Origin: Candidatus Bathyarchaeia archaeon
Lineage (GTDB): Archaea; Thermoproteota; Bathyarchaeia; Bathyarchaeales; Bathycorpusculaceae
Assembly: GCA_038883775.1 (NCBI GenBank)
Contig: JAVZLM010000005.1
Coordinates: 96,001 to 160,000, forward strand
DNA: 64,000 nucleotides
Direction of reading: 5' to 3'
The translations under genes were made by a program, and so were the position numbers. The notes under the pieces are model-generated. The model was given only the letters and a program-made list of their open reading frames with translations, searched no databases and was not told the DNA's origin. The stretch's first letter is position 1. Each line of letters starts with the position of its first letter. Below are positions 19,659 through 28,114 of this stretch, in pieces.

Positions 19659-20903
19659 TTGCTTGAGGCTCCAAGGTCTATGGCTGAGCCGATTCTTGAC
19701 TGGATTCTGAACGGCATACCTGTGCGTGTTGACGTGAAACTTTTTGATGATGTTAGTCTTATTTATGAAGCCCAACTCGCCAAAATGGAGCTATCAAAAT
19801 GGTGGGACGACCTTGAAAGTTTTAGAAAGAGAACAGCATATTTCGAAGAAGTTAACGGGAAAAAGTCCTACCACTATTATATTTCAGACATCAAAGGGAA
19901 GGGGCAGATAGGGAGAACATGTCAATATCTTACTCATTGGTATTATCCTTATAAAGCAAAGTTTCATCCTCAAATGATTAAAGCAATAATTAACTGGATG
20001 GGTCTAAAGAGACCTCAAAAACTGCTTGACCCATTCGTGGGAAGTGGAACTGCTTTGGTTGAAGCCAAAACAATGGGTGTAGACAGCATAGGAATAGACA
20101 TCAATCCCGTTTGCACTTTGATGTCCAGAGTTAAATGCGACCTTCTGGACTTATCTCCAGAGGATTTAAATTCTGTTCCAAGGGAAAAAGCTTTCCATTT
20201 CTTTGACAGAAAAAGAAAAAAACTCGGGCACACAAGCCTTGAAAAATTTGTAGAACATAATACAGAGCAAATTATTCAGCTTTCATCAGATGAAAGAGTG
20301 GCTCGATTCTACGAACTATCCTATCTTTATGCATTATCTGATTTCACCTATGTAAAGAGAGACTTATGGAAAGGGTTTAACGAAAATATTGATGCCGTTA
20401 TTGACACCGTGGAAAGGTTCAGTAAATTGAAAGAGGAGCTGAATCTTGAGTTAGGGAATGTTGATGTAAGGGAAGGAGACGCAAGAAAGCTACCTTTTAG
20501 AGATGAGGAAATAGATGGAATTGTTACTTCCCCACCTTACAGTATTGCTGTCGATTACATTAAACAAGATTTACACGCTTTGGACTATCTAAACATTGAT
20601 ATCGCTCAACTTGTCAATAACATGATAGGGCTCAGAGGAAAGGGCGAAGAAAGAATCGTCAACTACTTCGTGGACATGCTTGCTGCATTTAGAGAGATGT
20701 ATCGAGTTTTAAAGAAAGGAGCATTTTGCGTGATTCTAATAGGAGACGTGACATATAATGGGAAACGGTTACCTATACATAAAAAGTATATTGAATTTGC
20801 TGAAACCGTTGGTTTCTCTCATATTGGAATAATAAAGCGACCTATACTTGGCGGTTACGCCAGACTCAGGTATGAATACATTTTAATGTTCCAAAAATTA
20901 TAG
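19659..20903 (+). CDS. Amino-DNA methyltransferase, probably N4-cytosine
   Basis: HWYYPYKAKFHPQ, SAM motif LDPFVGSGT, catalytic TSPPY, EMYRVLKKG. Confidence 0.9.
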   Translation: MLEAPRSMAEPILDWILNGIPVRVDVKLFDDVSLIYEAQLAKMELSKWWDDLESFRKRTAYFEEVNGKKSYHYYISDIKGKGQIGRTCQYLTHWYYPYKAKFHPQMIKAIINWMGLKRPQKLLDPFVGSGTALVEAKTMGVDSIGIDINPVCTLMSRVKCDLLDLSPEDLNSVPREKAFHFFDRKRKKLGHTSLEKFVEHNTEQIIQLSSDERVARFYELSYLYALSDFTYVKRDLWKGFNENIDAVIDTVERFSKLKEELNLELGNVDVREGDARKLPFRDEEIDGIVTSPPYSIAVDYIKQDLHALDYLNIDIAQLVNNMIGLRGKGEERIVNYFVDMLAAFREMYRVLKKGAFCVILIGDVTYNGKRLPIHKKYIEFAETVGFSHIGIIKRPILGGYARLRYEYILMFQKL

Positions 20904-21974
20904 TCTGCTTAAGCCTTGAACATGAGGATAATAGGAAATAAGTCTTTTTTCTTGTTCTTTCTCGTCCTTCAAAAGATTTCTAACAAATGGTTTTTTTCTT
21001 ACGCAATTGTAGTGATAGTGAAGTTCCTTTTCCTCAGAGGGTTTGAGCACTCCTTTATACGTTATGTAATTGCACTTTCTGAAATTTTTGCATTCTTTTT
21101 TGCAGCTTATTTTTATATCTTCAATCTTCTGAGAGTAGTCAGAAAATCTGTTTATGATTTCGTCGCAATAAAGAATCCATTTTTCGCATATTGGGCAACG
21201 CAACGGAACAGTGTTTGGGACACGAGCTACCACGACCGGAATAGAGGTTCTTGATGAAAAATCGAATATGTGGTCGGGAGTTTTTTGAATGGCTTGCTTC
21301 ACTTCCACTCCAAAAATTCGACCATTTTTGACTATTAGAAAGTCTGGAGCTATAGAATGTGAATCATGAGATAACAATCTTTGATTGAGAAGCATTGGAA
21401 TAACGTATCCAAAATTGTGCCTTATCAGGTAAGCATAAACAATAAGCTCAATGGCTGCGCCAACAGATTTGGGAAGAAGGGAGTCCACAGCATAGTAAAG
21501 CTTCTTTGTTTTCTTATCTTTGTATGACAAGTCCTCCTTGAACTTTTTAGCTTCTTCGTAGATTTTTTCAGCTTCTTCATCTTCGAAAAAGTATGGAATA
21601 TTCTGTTTTTTCATGAAATCCATAAGGCGTTTTCTTATTGAGAAACAAGCATAGGTAGTAACTTGTTCTTGAATTAGAAGCTGGTTAACGACGTATAATA
21701 TCATTTTAAGATACGATTTTCGGTTAGTCTTGTGAAAGCCCCAGATAGAACCTCGAGATACTAAAATATACATAAGGTAGTCGTATAGAATCATTTGTCT
21801 GCCATCTTTACCAACATAAAGCTCTTTAGAGAATTTCTCATAACCTTCAAGTGAATCAATCTTTTTACGCATCATCATGTAATCTTGGTCATGTGTGGCA
21901 AAAAATTGGTCAACAATCAGAAGATGTTTTGCTGTTGATAATGCCCTTTCCAAAACTTTATCCAAAACATTCAC
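20898..21974 (-). CDS. Putative PD-(D/E)xK endonuclease with Cys-rich C-terminus
   Basis: GAAIEL helix, APDFLIVKNGRIFGVEVKQ; CPIC, C, CKKEC...C and HYHYNC ligands. Confidence 0.7.
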   Translation of the reverse strand: MNVLDKVLERALSTAKHLLIVDQFFATHDQDYMMMRKKIDSLEGYEKFSKELYVGKDGRQMILYDYLMYILVSRGSIWGFHKTNRKSYLKMILYVVNQLLIQEQVTTYACFSIRKRLMDFMKKQNIPYFFEDEEAEKIYEEAKKFKEDLSYKDKKTKKLYYAVDSLLPKSVGAAIELIVYAYLIRHNFGYVIPMLLNQRLLSHDSHSIAPDFLIVKNGRIFGVEVKQAIQKTPDHIFDFSSRTSIPVVVARVPNTVPLRCPICEKWILYCDEIINRFSDYSQKIEDIKISCKKECKNFRKCNYITYKGVLKPSEEKELHYHYNCVRKKPFVRNLLKDEKEQEKRLISYYPHVQGLSRL

Positions 21975-22004
21975 CTACAAAGAATTTGTTTGCGGGATAG
22001 TTGC

Positions 22005-22769
22005 CTAAAATAATTTCGTTTGTTGTCCTTTGTCTCTTCTCCATTCATCACTGGCTTTTTTGATTATTCGCAAAATTGCTTCGTAGGTTCCAACTCCTCC
22101 AAGTTTATCCCACATTTCCTTTCCGATTAGCACCTCTTTTTCCATATCCATAATTCGTTTCGTAAAACTCCACCTATACAAATGCCGTTCAACGTAAGGA
22201 TTATATGTCAAACCAAGAAATGCTTGAGCTCTTTTTCCTTCATGAGCTACCAAAAACAATAGCATCTTCCTTTTCGATTCAGCACATTGGTCAAGATTAG
22301 GTAAAGGAGCCTTAATTTCCATGAACAAAGGTCCATCTTCATGGTCACCTACATACAAATCAGCTATTATCCTAACAGAAGTTTTTTCAGAGCTGGAAAC
22401 TGACATTATTTCCCTCATTTCCTCTATGTGATTTGGTCTTCGCATTCCGCTACGAAGGCTATTCACTATAGTGTCAACCATTGTGACTTTTGCACCGTCA
22501 AGGTCAGTTAAAATTTCATATTCCCTGTGAACATCTGAATATCGTCCCTTCGCAACAATCTCCGCCACTGCTGGCAGAAAACGAGTCCCCACAGTTGTCT
22601 CAACTGAACTTACCAAATCTCCATGAAGTATAGCTTCATCGGTCAAAAACGCACTATGAAAAGGTTTAGCCTCCTTAACTTCTTCCAGAGAACGCCGAGC
22701 CTTAATAGAAAGGTCCTCAAGAACTCTCTTAACTAAATCTGAAATTTCCTTTTCCGTTTTCTCGTCCAA
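22005..22769 (-). CDS. Type II restriction endonuclease, TdeIII/MjaII-like
   Basis: ADLYV...FMEIKAPLPNLDQC, YNPY, IGKEMWDKLGG-GTYE are characteristic of the TdeIII family. Confidence 0.8.
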   Translation of the reverse strand: MDEKTEKEISDLVKRVLEDLSIKARRSLEEVKEAKPFHSAFLTDEAILHGDLVSSVETTVGTRFLPAVAEIVAKGRYSDVHREYEILTDLDGAKVTMVDTIVNSLRSGMRRPNHIEEMREIMSVSSSEKTSVRIIADLYVGDHEDGPLFMEIKAPLPNLDQCAESKRKMLLFLVAHEGKRAQAFLGLTYNPYVERHLYRWSFTKRIMDMEKEVLIGKEMWDKLGGVGTYEAILRIIKKASDEWRRDKGQQTKLF

Positions 22770-22894
22770 GTATTTATCACTAATCTAACAAATCGTCTGA
22801 CCAGATTTATAAGAACTATCCCTCGGAATAATAACAACGCTAACTTAGAAAGTTTTATTTGCTGAGTGAAAAAGATTTAGACCTTGTGATTTAT

Positions 22895-23329
22895 ATGACG
22901 TTAAGAATAACTACAAGAAATAGAAACAAGCTTTCACAAGAGTTGCATGATTGGGTTATTGAAATGACTGTGGAGCGTCTTTATGGTAAATTTAGAGAGG
23001 CAGGCAGAAAAATATACACAAATCCAAATCAACAGAAGAACTTTGCTGTAAATGGTTTCTATCCCGACATTGTGGTCTAAAATCCGGAGACGGAAAAAGT
23101 TACATTTATCGATGAAATAGAGACGGAAGTGGGCGAAATCGAGAAAAATCAATGGGAAGATTTCGCCAAACTTGGAATAGGTTTTTCTGTAACAGTTCCA
23201 TTGAATGACGTAGAAAATGCCAAGAAAATTATTAGAGACAACAAAATTAGAGTAACCTCTCTTTGGTCTTATAAAACTGATTACCCGGCAACTAAAAATA
23301 TAACTTTCAAAGAAGAAACTCTTTCATAA
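22895..23329 (+). pseudogene. Small PD-(D/E)xK-fold nuclease interrupted by an in-frame TAA (23078-23080)
   Basis: Both track ORFs are in one frame; read-through gives FYPDIVV*NPETEKVTFIDEIETEV. Confidence 0.75.
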
Positions 23330-23356
23330 ATGGTCACAAAAACAAACAAAAAATGG

Positions 23357-23557
23357 TTATTTCGCTTCTTTCTGAGACCATTTTGCTTTAACTGCAAGCA
23401 ACTCTTGTATATACTCTTCTCTTTTCTTTGCGTATTCTTTGATGGCGTTTGCGAAAGCTTTCCCGATGGTATCTTCTAACCCCAACTTAGTTAATTGTCG
23501 AGCTAAATTGTAAGCCTCTTCTGGAACCGTTACGGATTTATATCCATTTAGAGGCAT
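23357..23557 (-). CDS. Small ribbon-helix-helix / antitoxin-like DNA-binding protein
   Basis: YKSVTVPEEAYNLA beta-alpha pattern; AGGTGG RBS. Confidence 0.65.
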   Translation of the reverse strand: MPLNGYKSVTVPEEAYNLARQLTKLGLEDTIGKAFANAIKEYAKKREEYIQELLAVKAKWSQKEAK

Positions 23558-23644
23558 CTAAACCACCTTTGCTATAAATATGTTGAAAAAGTAAATATAT
23601 GTTATTACCACAAAACCTTAAATCAGTATGGTAAAAATGGTAAG

Positions 23645-23905
23645 GTGCATATCATGGAAACTGAAGGTTCATCAGACTTTATCATAACAAATGGAAAATA
23701 CGCAGAAGGTAATAGAATCCTTGTAATCAATCCAAAGACGAACAAAGGGTTGTATGCAATGCTCAGAAACCTCGAGTTTCTAAGCGAGATTCAACGACCC
23801 GGCGATAAAATAAATGTGCACTGCAGAAGTGGCGTCACCTCAAAGGGCGAATTTGTATTCTGTGACGTTTTCCTAACCAGAGAATTCGCTAACTCTGAGT
23901 TCTGA
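23645..23905 (+). CDS. Hypothetical beta-rich protein
   Basis: ORF divergent from the RHH gene; AGGTG before the ATG at 23654. Confidence 0.55.
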   Translation: MHIMETEGSSDFIITNGKYAEGNRILVINPKTNKGLYAMLRNLEFLSEIQRPGDKINVHCRSGVTSKGEFVFCDVFLTREFANSEF

Positions 23906-23968
23906 TTGAGCGATAGTTGACCGAGTTTTCTATTTGCTCGTCCCTGAATGGCTTTCTAAGCACAAAAT

Positions 23969-24559
23969 TTAGATTGAAATGATGTGAATATCCTCTGGTA
24001 ACTTTGTTATATCGATGAGTGGAGAAACGGTCATTATTGCTTGGATTTTAAGGCGTTTTAGTTCTCTAAAAAGGGAAGGGACCATATTTTTGATAAGCCT
24101 CTCAAAAGGGTCGTCAGCTATCAAGCATTGGTAGCCTCTTGTAAGGTTTTGTAAGTTTCCCGTTATGCTTATGGAATCTTGTTTTGGAAACAGTCTTAGC
24201 GTTATTGTTCCATTGTTAAATACTCTGTTCGTGAAATATCGGTGTCTTATACCGAAAGCAAACAGAATAGCTCTTACTATGGTAGATTTGCCACTTCCGC
24301 ATGTGCCATGAATCAAATTTATCGAGTTTCTGCAAAAATATGCTTCAAAATTATCAAATGGTCCGACTTTAGTCAATTTCAGTGATTCAATTTGGAAAGG
24401 CAAGAAGTATGTTTCTCCGTAAAGGGAGTCTTCACAGCCTACTTCAGCCAACAATTTTCGCAAATGTTCTTTAGCTGTTCTTGGTCTTTTTATCTCTAAA
24501 GCTTGTCTTAGTTCCTTCTTTTGAGGTCTGGAAATACTTGTGTTTTCTGTTTTCTTCAT
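23969..24559 (-). CDS. Miniature or degenerate SMC/OLD-type ABC ATPase
   Basis: IESLKLTKVGPF, Walker A GTCGSGKST, Walker B-like LIADDPF; no coiled coil or signature motif. Confidence 0.65.
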   Translation of the reverse strand: MKKTENTSISRPQKKELRQALEIKRPRTAKEHLRKLLAEVGCEDSLYGETYFLPFQIESLKLTKVGPFDNFEAYFCRNSINLIHGTCGSGKSTIVRAILFAFGIRHRYFTNRVFNNGTITLRLFPKQDSISITGNLQNLTRGYQCLIADDPFERLIKNMVPSLFRELKRLKIQAIMTVSPLIDITKLPEDIHIISI

Positions 24560-24793
24560 GGAATAAAATAAATTTGACCATGTAAATAAGTTCTTCTTAA
24601 GGTTTGATACTATTCACTTCTATGGTTTTTTCTATATTGCCTTGGACATTAGAGTTTAGAAGGAAAAGAGAAAATCTTAGAAAAGAATGTGGCGTTGTCA
24701 TACTAAATGCTCAGATGAATTATTTCAGTTTGGCGAGAGAGTATGGAGATAAATTTTTTAACTATTGATGAGCAAGATTAGTGTGGTAGAAGT

Positions 24794-25498
24794 ATGGAGT
24801 TAATTCTTAAAGAAGCAGCAAAGGCTTTTGGAAAGGAAGTAGCAAAAGAAGTAACGCCAATAATAGTGAAGAAATTTTTAGGGAAAACACAAAAACTATC
24901 TGTAAAGTTCGGGTTAGTGTTGACTTTTTATGAATATCCATTAATGGATGATGCAATAGCCCTTATAGAAAATTGTATACACAAGTTCAAATGTGGCGTA
25001 GGTATGTTGAAGATTGATGACGTAACATTTGATTATTACATTAGCTTTGAACTTGAAGAGTTTGTGAGCCCCGATATTGACATTCTAATTCAAGAAGAGC
25101 CTGAATACGCAATCTCTGACCAATTTATTTCCTTGCTTGAGATTCTGCTCTCTCCTCATCTAAAGAAAGAAGTCCATGACAAGAAAGAAGTTGAAAATGT
25201 CTTCTTTTCCGGGTTTAAGCTGTTAGATGGAATTACAAAGTGTTTAGAAAATGAAGAAATCGCTGCGACAGTATTAAAAATTCGTTCAGCAGTAAAATTG
25301 CTTGGTATTGAATCTGAGTTAAATTTTGCACAGAATATTTTTACGGAGTTGTCTAAAAAAATTGCGAAATTAAAATTGCCTTACAGCCCATACGTCTCTT
25401 TTTCGCCAATTTCAAAAATAGAAGGACAAATTGGGCAAGTTATCGTATCACTCAAAGATGCGGGGGTGTTAATGGCTATAATAGATGCGATAACATGA
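24794..25498 (+). CDS. Hypothetical protein
   Basis: 234-aa ORF in an AT-rich region, 1 bp from the next gene. Confidence 0.7.
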   Translation: MELILKEAAKAFGKEVAKEVTPIIVKKFLGKTQKLSVKFGLVLTFYEYPLMDDAIALIENCIHKFKCGVGMLKIDDVTFDYYISFELEEFVSPDIDILIQEEPEYAISDQFISLLEILLSPHLKKEVHDKKEVENVFFSGFKLLDGITKCLENEEIAATVLKIRSAVKLLGIESELNFAQNIFTELSKKIAKLKLPYSPYVSFSPISKIEGQIGQVIVSLKDAGVLMAIIDAIT

Positions 25499-25499
25499 G

Positions 25500-26267
25500 G
25501 TGAAGATTTTGGTATTTTGGACGTGTAGAGTTTTTAAAATAAATCCCAAATTTGATAGTATTGTAAAGGATGTTATTTTGAAAACGGGAAGTTACCAATA
25601 TGGTAAAGTTGAAAACAAAAATCTTTTCTTATACATTGACAGAATTCAGGAGACTTTTGGTGGATGGGCTAAATTAATTGAGACTTACATCGATAGTCCT
25701 CGCAGGGTATTTAATAGAGAAGAAGGTTATGTTGCCATAAAAGAAACAGTTCCATTTAACATTTGTCTATTTGAAAAATCAAGCATCCCAAATTTCTTGG
25801 CTATTTTTGGTTCAAGTTACAATATTCCAGTTCTGACCTATGCTCTTAAGGTGATAATTTCTGAAAGGGGACGGTCTAAAGGTCAGATTCCAGACTCATT
25901 AATTGTGTTCTCTCCTTTATTTAAACTGAATTTCAGGTTGAAAGGAAAAGAAAATGAATTAAGTAAATATCTCTCTAACATCAGAGAAATTAGCGTTAGA
26001 GAAATTAAAGACATGTATGTCCATGCAGCGAGCCTCAAAGGACTATTATTGGAATTAAGTGAAGAATATCAAAAATATGTCCGTGACAGTGAGATATCTG
26101 GAAGAATAAATTATTTCGGCGTAAACGTTGAAGGCAGAGTTATGATGTTGTCTTCTGAAGGAAAAATATGGACGAGACAGGGAAAAAATAATGTCGAACC
26201 GGAAATTGTTAAAATGATTCTCGAGGTCTTAGATAAATGTGATGCAATTCATGTTGTAGAGCAATGA
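25500..26267 (+). CDS. Hypothetical alpha/beta protein
   Basis: 255-aa ORF, GAGGTG at the start region, coupled to the upstream gene. Confidence 0.7.
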   Translation: MKILVFWTCRVFKINPKFDSIVKDVILKTGSYQYGKVENKNLFLYIDRIQETFGGWAKLIETYIDSPRRVFNREEGYVAIKETVPFNICLFEKSSIPNFLAIFGSSYNIPVLTYALKVIISERGRSKGQIPDSLIVFSPLFKLNFRLKGKENELSKYLSNIREISVREIKDMYVHAASLKGLLLELSEEYQKYVRDSEISGRINYFGVNVEGRVMMLSSEGKIWTRQGKNNVEPEIVKMILEVLDKCDAIHVVEQ

Positions 26268-26304
26268 AAATTGTGCTCATGTTTTAACGGTTGTTAGTGA
26301 GAGT

Positions 26305-26514
26305 TTGATAAGAATGTTTGAGCATGCTGAAAAGGTTGTAAAAAAATTGACGAAAGAAAACATGGAACATTTGAGACGCCAGATAGATGAGTGCTTGAAG
26401 ATGGCAATCAAGTTTGATGAAACGGGTAAAGCAAAATATTTTGTTAAGATGAAGAATTCTTGCCAAACCTTTCTCCAGATGCTAAATGAGTTGGAGAAGA
26501 AAGCTGATTCTTAG
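26305..26514 (+). CDS. Small helical hypothetical protein
   Basis: 69-aa ORF converging on the AbrB-like gene with overlapping stops. Confidence 0.5.
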   Translation: MIRMFEHAEKVVKKLTKENMEHLRRQIDECLKMAIKFDETGKAKYFVKMKNSCQTFLQMLNELEKKADS

Positions 26515-26753
26515 CCTTCCACGATTTTTATTTTCTTTCCTCTAATCACAAAGCCATCCGGCGACACTTTGATTTTCGGCTCTTCTACCGACGTTATTAT
26601 CATTAGCTTGCGATATGGGTCAATAGTAATTTTAACTGTATCTCCAGCCTTAAACGGATAATTAGAATCCTGAACCATAACAGACGGAATAACCAAATAC
26701 TGAGTATGTGCATTCTTACTTTGCACAATCTTAACTTCAGCCTCTAAAACCAT
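26511..26753 (-). CDS. AbrB/MazE-like swapped-hairpin DNA-binding protein
   Basis: TQYLVIPSVMVQDSNYPFKAGDTVKITID pattern; GGTGG RBS. Confidence 0.7.
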   Translation of the reverse strand: MVLEAEVKIVQSKNAHTQYLVIPSVMVQDSNYPFKAGDTVKITIDPYRKLMIITSVEEPKIKVSPDGFVIRGKKIKIVEG

Positions 26754-26812
26754 ACAACAACCACCAACAGACTCCCAAATAACAACTGTATGAAAACTAT
26801 ATAAAAACTTTA

Positions 26813-26831
26813 TTAATCTTCGAACAGCCTA
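26813..26831 (-). repeat. Right terminal inverted repeat
   Basis: TTAATCTTCGAACAGCCTA = reverse complement of 15504-15522. Confidence 0.93.
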
Positions 26832-26837
26832 ATAAAA
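26832..26837. repeat. Right target-site duplication ATAAAA
   Basis: Matches 15498-15503. Confidence 0.75.
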
Positions 26838-26867
26838 TTATAAAATGCAGGTTTTGAGGTGCAAGCA

Positions 26868-26921
26868 GTGGCTTGTAAGACTAAGAAGAAAACCAAGAAA
26901 AAAGCGAAGAAAACGAAATAA
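26868..26921 (+). CDS. Possible 17-aa Lys-rich micropeptide MACKTKKKTKKKAKKTK
   Basis: GAGGTG at 26856-26861, 6 nt before GTG; TTATAAAA upstream; T-rich tract downstream. Confidence 0.35.
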   Translation: MACKTKKKTKKKAKKTK

Positions 26922-26991
26922 AAAATCACATTAATCTCCTCATTTCCCCATTTTTATTTGAAAGAAAAACGTGCGCTCAACTCTCTTATAT

Positions 26992-27627
26992 TTAAAGAAT
27001 TTTTGATAAAGTTTCAAGGTTGAAAATGGTGTTTGCACAGCCATTCTTTATCAGAGGAACGGCTTGACCAGCAATTCCCAAATAGTTTAATGCCTCACCG
27101 CTCAATCTTATTTCTTCGCCACAAGCAACTCCAACAACCCCATCATAATGATTATTTTTCAAAATTTTCTGAACACAAGAACCACCAGGCAATATGTAAA
27201 CGTCATAACCTTTTTTCTCGGCGAGAACCACTGCTCTGTTAATTAGGCAGTCTGGGGAACAATGCGCACAACTGTAAGAGGGAATATGGGGGTCAAAAGT
27301 TGCCTTACAACGATTATCCATATATTTCCTAGAACAATGTGGCAGAAAAAGAGCCCGTTTTCTCGTCTGCTCAAACCGTTTCCTTTCTAAAAGGTTTCTG
27401 GCTTGCATGTCTATAAGGTCTTGAAGAAGAAAAACAGCATCAGACAAGTTGAGACCCGTAATCTCCTGAATCCTAAACTTTTTAATGATATCCTGCATTG
27501 TTTTGCTAACCTTTTTATGAACACCCTTTTGAAATCCAACTCTAGCAACTTCGGTAAAGAAGAAACGAGGAACCCTTGAAAGGTCAAAGGTAAACTTGTA
27601 TGGCATAAAGTATTCTATAAATAACAA
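26992..27627 (-). CDS. DUF116-family Cys-rich protein
   Basis: LFLPHC, CAHCSPDC, YILPGGS, GVAC, GC motifs; start probably the Met at 27606. Confidence 0.85.
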   Translation of the reverse strand: MLFIEYFMPYKFTFDLSRVPRFFFTEVARVGFQKGVHKKVSKTMQDIIKKFRIQEITGLNLSDAVFLLQDLIDMQARNLLERKRFEQTRKRALFLPHCSRKYMDNRCKATFDPHIPSYSCAHCSPDCLINRAVVLAEKKGYDVYILPGGSCVQKILKNNHYDGVVGVACGEEIRLSGEALNYLGIAGQAVPLIKNGCANTIFNLETLSKIL

Positions 27628-27669
27628 ACCTTTAAAATTAACTGTTGCTTATACTCATACTCTAAGACA

Positions 27670-28101
27670 TTGAAACAAAAAGGAGGAAAAACGTTGGGCA
27701 TACTTGACAGATTTAGAAAGAAAAAAGAAGAACAAAAGAAAACGGATACAGAAACTGTAAAGACAATAACTGAACTTGAACAAATCTGCGAAGACGACAA
27801 AGAAACATATGAAGCATTACACAATACCATGTTCCTTGATCCTACAAAGATAACAACATCCATGAAAGAAGCAGCTGAAAACGCCAAAAAATTTGAGAAA
27901 GAAAAAGATTTTGTCAGAGCCAAAGCATGGTATGAGATTGCAGGCGGCTTAGCCATCTATGAAGGAAACGTGAAAAAAGTTGTTGAATATTTTAGTGAAT
28001 GCCAAAAACTCTCTCCAAATACAGAATATCTAATCTTGAAAAATCCGGAGAAGGCTGTAGCTAAGGCTCAAGAATATTATAAAAAATATTTGAAAGCTTA
28101 A
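27670..28101 (+). CDS. Hypothetical helical (TPR-like) protein
   Basis: GGAGG RBS before the internal TTG (LGILDRF); A/Y-rich helical pattern. Confidence 0.7.
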   Translation: MKQKGGKTLGILDRFRKKKEEQKKTDTETVKTITELEQICEDDKETYEALHNTMFLDPTKITTSMKEAAENAKKFEKEKDFVRAKAWYEIAGGLAIYEGNVKKVVEYFSECQKLSPNTEYLILKNPEKAVAKAQEYYKKYLKA

Positions 28102-28114
28102 GCAAGTATCACTG

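Larger units (their letters stand above)
15504..26831. mobile_element. 11,328-bp cargo-carrying DDE transposon with restriction-modification / defence-like cargo
   Basis: Perfect 19-bp TIRs TAGGCTGTTCGAAGATTAA, 6-bp TSD, one transposase at the left end, non-housekeeping cargo that looks more AT-rich by eye. Confidence 0.9.

Noticed and set aside
23078-23080. Programmed read-through (Sec/Pyl) of the internal stop
   Set aside because: The codon is TAA, not TGA or TAG, so a nonsense mutation or error is more likely.
15504-26831. Casposon, provirus or integrative element interpretation of the island
   Set aside because: No Cas1, PolB, capsid, or tyrosine/serine recombinase gene and no tRNA att site seen; the ends are inverted repeats with a short TSD, fitting the DDE transposase.
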